DNA from: Lytechinus pictus
Lineage: Eukaryota
DNA length: 64,000 bases
Assembly: GCF_037042905.1 (NCBI RefSeq)
Contig: NC_087263.1
Location: 9,550,001 to 9,614,000, forward strand
Direction: 5' to 3'
Below, piece by piece: positions 61,494 to 64,000 of the stretch. Numbering within the stretch: the stretch's first letter is position 1; each line of letters starts with the position of its first letter. Both the position numbers and the translations under genes were made by a program. The notes under the pieces were generated by a model. That model searched no databases. It was not told the origin of the DNA and saw only the letters and a program-made list of their open reading frames with translations.

Positions 61494-62046
61494 AGGAAAA
61501 TGAAACATTTGAAACAAGATAGCCTGTGTTAAAACACAAAAATAAAAGAAACAGATCAACAAAAGTTTGAGAAAAATTGAGCATTTGAAGTTTAGATCAT
61601 TATCATAATGTAGATCCTCCAGTTGGCAATGCGACAAAGATGTGCGATGTCACTTGTGAACAACTTTCCCATTACTTTTCTATATATTTTACTTAAACTG
61701 CCTCTTTTATCACATCTATCAGTAGATCATGTATTCTTTCTATAAGAGGGCATGTAATGCAGATTTTTAAAGAATACATTATGGATAAAGAGTTTGTATC
61801 ACTATAAGAAAGAGCAAAAAGAAAAATTTTCGGGGTATTTTATAGTCCCTCACAGGGAAAGTTGTTCACATGTGACATCACACATCTTTGTCGCATTGCC
61901 AATGGGAGGATCTCCATAGCATTAGTGATCGCAATATTCAAATGCTCATAACTTTCTCATTATTTGTCCAATTTTTCTCAAACTTTCTTTGATCTAATTT
62001 TTCTCTTTCCACACAAGCCCACTTGTTCCAAAGGTTTCATTCTCTT
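61494..62046. mobile_element. TTAA-flanked MITE with about 180-bp TIRs (second Kolobok/T2-like family)
   Basis: TTAA|aggaaaatgaaac ... gtttcattctctt|TTAA. Inverted block ttggcaatgcgacaaagatgtg.gatgtcac.tgtgaacaactttccc. Starts 34 bp after the exon I donor. Confidence 0.82.
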
Positions 62047-63258
62047 TTAAAAAATAAACTCTGGTAGTGGTAACAACTCAAAATGAAATGTTCCCCCCCC
62101 AAAAAAAATTCTACAGAATTATAAAAAAATATATATATCTGGCAAATGATTTTTCATGAAACTGTATATTTACAGAGTCATGAGTAACTGAAGATCGGAA
62201 AAATTACTGAAAAATGCCCGTCTACATATAGTGTGGTCCCACATGTTTTTTCCTCTGTTAGCTGCAACATGAAAAACATGTGGTAAAGAAATTAAAATAA
62301 TTTCAAGCAAACCTGAATTATTTCGATTAAAAGTTTTTGTTCTAAATAGGTGTTCTGGTATATAATATACACTTTAGGATTGCTTCCAAACATTTTCCAA
62401 TCAAAATTAGATTTCTCTACTAGAACGTGAACTTTGCTTTATGTTGACTTTTAAACGTCTATTTATAACCAAATCCAGCAGACCTAGCTCTTAAAAAAAT
62501 TGTTAATATTTTAAAAATATGAATGTTACAGTTCGAATCATGAGGATTTTTAATTATATATCTATGAAAGTTATTTTTAAATACTTATGAAGTGAGACAA
62601 CCGAAGTCATCTTTCTATTAAAGGGTTTCCTCGAACAGATTTGTATAAGAAACTAATCAAGATGAGGACATGGAGTTTTATTGGGGTTTCTTTTGCCAAA
62701 AGCTAGTTTTCATTCTTTTTTAATGCACCAGTACAAGGAAAATGCTAGATAATACCTTAATTATTAAAAAATATGTAAAACATAGCTCACTCACAAGATG
62801 TGGGTCCTGCTTCATAAAAAACTTGTTATAATAGCAAATACTTGCTTTCTGTAACAAATTTACTATCAACCGATCAGATTGAAGGATTTCATTAGCTTTT
62901 AACTGTCATTGCAAATTTGTTATTATAAGAAATTTTATGAAATGCCTCCCCCTCTGATTGATTCTATGACTTAGCTTGCAAGTTAAACAATTTGAAGTAC
63001 CACATAGCTGTCATCAGTGAACATCTCTGACGACTTTTTTTGTGAAGCATTCCCCTGACATATTGTGGCAGCGGTGGGATACAATGAATTACATTGCCAC
63101 ATGTGAAGATGATATGGATTGCTTATTATCAAAAAAAGTTTGAGTGATTCTTTCGTCAGAATGATTAACACAGACTCTTTTTTGGCTGGTGAGTGTTTTA
63201 TGAGAATAAATGAAATTGAATTGAAATATTAACAGTGCCATTTTCTTCTTCCATCTAG

Positions 63259-63444
63259 GTTGCCAATGGACATGTAAACCTGGGTGCCATGCTGCACCTG
63301 AATGGAAAGCTTGAAGAAGCCCAGGCAAGCTACCTGAAGGCACTGTCTTTGAAGCCTGATGATCCAACCAGTCTTCAGAACCTCAAGAAACTACGCAACC
63401 TCATGGCCAAGAAGGCGCAAGCCAATAAGCAACCAGAGTCGTGA
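63259..63444 (+). CDS. TMTC2: TMTC2 terminal coding exon J (last TPR and stop)
   Basis: ccatctAG acceptor. Encodes VANGHVNLGAMLHLNGKLEEAQASYLKALSLKPDDPTSLQNLKKLRNLMAKKAQANKQPES*, with tandem TGATGA stops. Confidence 0.92.
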   Translation, partial: VANGHVNLGAMLHLNGKLEEAQASYLKALSLKPDDPTSLQNLKKLRNLMAKKAQANKQPES

Positions 63445-64000
63445 TGAAGGCCAGAATGAAAAATATTCTAAGACCATATTTCTCTAACTTTAGCCGACCT
63501 GATGGACTCGGTAACATCGTTGGAAGCCATACCTTAAAAGACATGGGAGAGGTACTTGAAGGCACTTTACTTGAAGACAGGTCACCCACCGAGTGTCTAG
63601 AATCCCAAAAAGATTTGCAATGATGATCCAATCGAACCTACGCAACCTCACTGTCAAGTTACTGTTGAACAAGCAACAGTTGAAGACAACAGAAATTTTA
63701 GAGAACATGGAAGAACTAGTTGCCCACAACTTCCAACAGTCTTGGTACACTCAAAAATTGTTAGAAGACCCTCAAGCATTATTAGAAGATACTCTGCATG
63801 ATGAAGTAGCAAGTGTCAAGAAGCATCATGGTGCTTTCCAAGGCCATGAACAAAGAATCCTTAGCTGTCAGGCAGCCCCTTAATCGTGAAAGCAATGGCC
63901 TTTATGGAAGTCCTATGTGTCTACAACCTCAGCAAATTTTCTTGACTTTTATTGAAGACACTCTGCGTGAATCAGGAGGATTCAGAGTAACAGTCACCGG

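Noticed and set aside
63593..63883. 96-aa ORF downstream of the TMTC2 stop
   Set aside because: It overlaps decayed local duplications and has no recognisable domain. Treated as 3' UTR or flank.

Overview
AT-rich animal genomic DNA; the SINE/MITE landscape suggests a marine invertebrate such as an echinoid (inference only). One spliced host gene runs on the + strand: TMTC2 (ER protein O-mannosyltransferase with TPR repeats). Ten coding exons from 32060 to the stop at 63444 join in consistent phase through GT-AG introns (2701 nt). The first exon, which should carry the start codon and the DD motif, was not found, so 1-32059 is probably intron 1. The main accessory feature is a complete, apparently very recent 5949-bp Ty3/Gypsy-type LTR retrotransposon (35178-41126), sense-oriented in the next intron. 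It has identical 141-bp LTRs with non-canonical CG...CG ends, a 3-bp CAG target duplication, and one intact 1645-aa Gag-PR-RT-RH-IN ORF with an LADD RT motif. It also carries a degenerate dUTPase-like segment between PR and RT, an imperfect but extended tRNA-Leu-like PBS, and a splice donor/acceptor pair bracketing the ORF. The rest of the window holds MITEs, tRNA-derived SINEs, LINE tail relics and simple or tandem repeats. Local duplications create a candidate cryptic exon and a decayed copy of the last exon.
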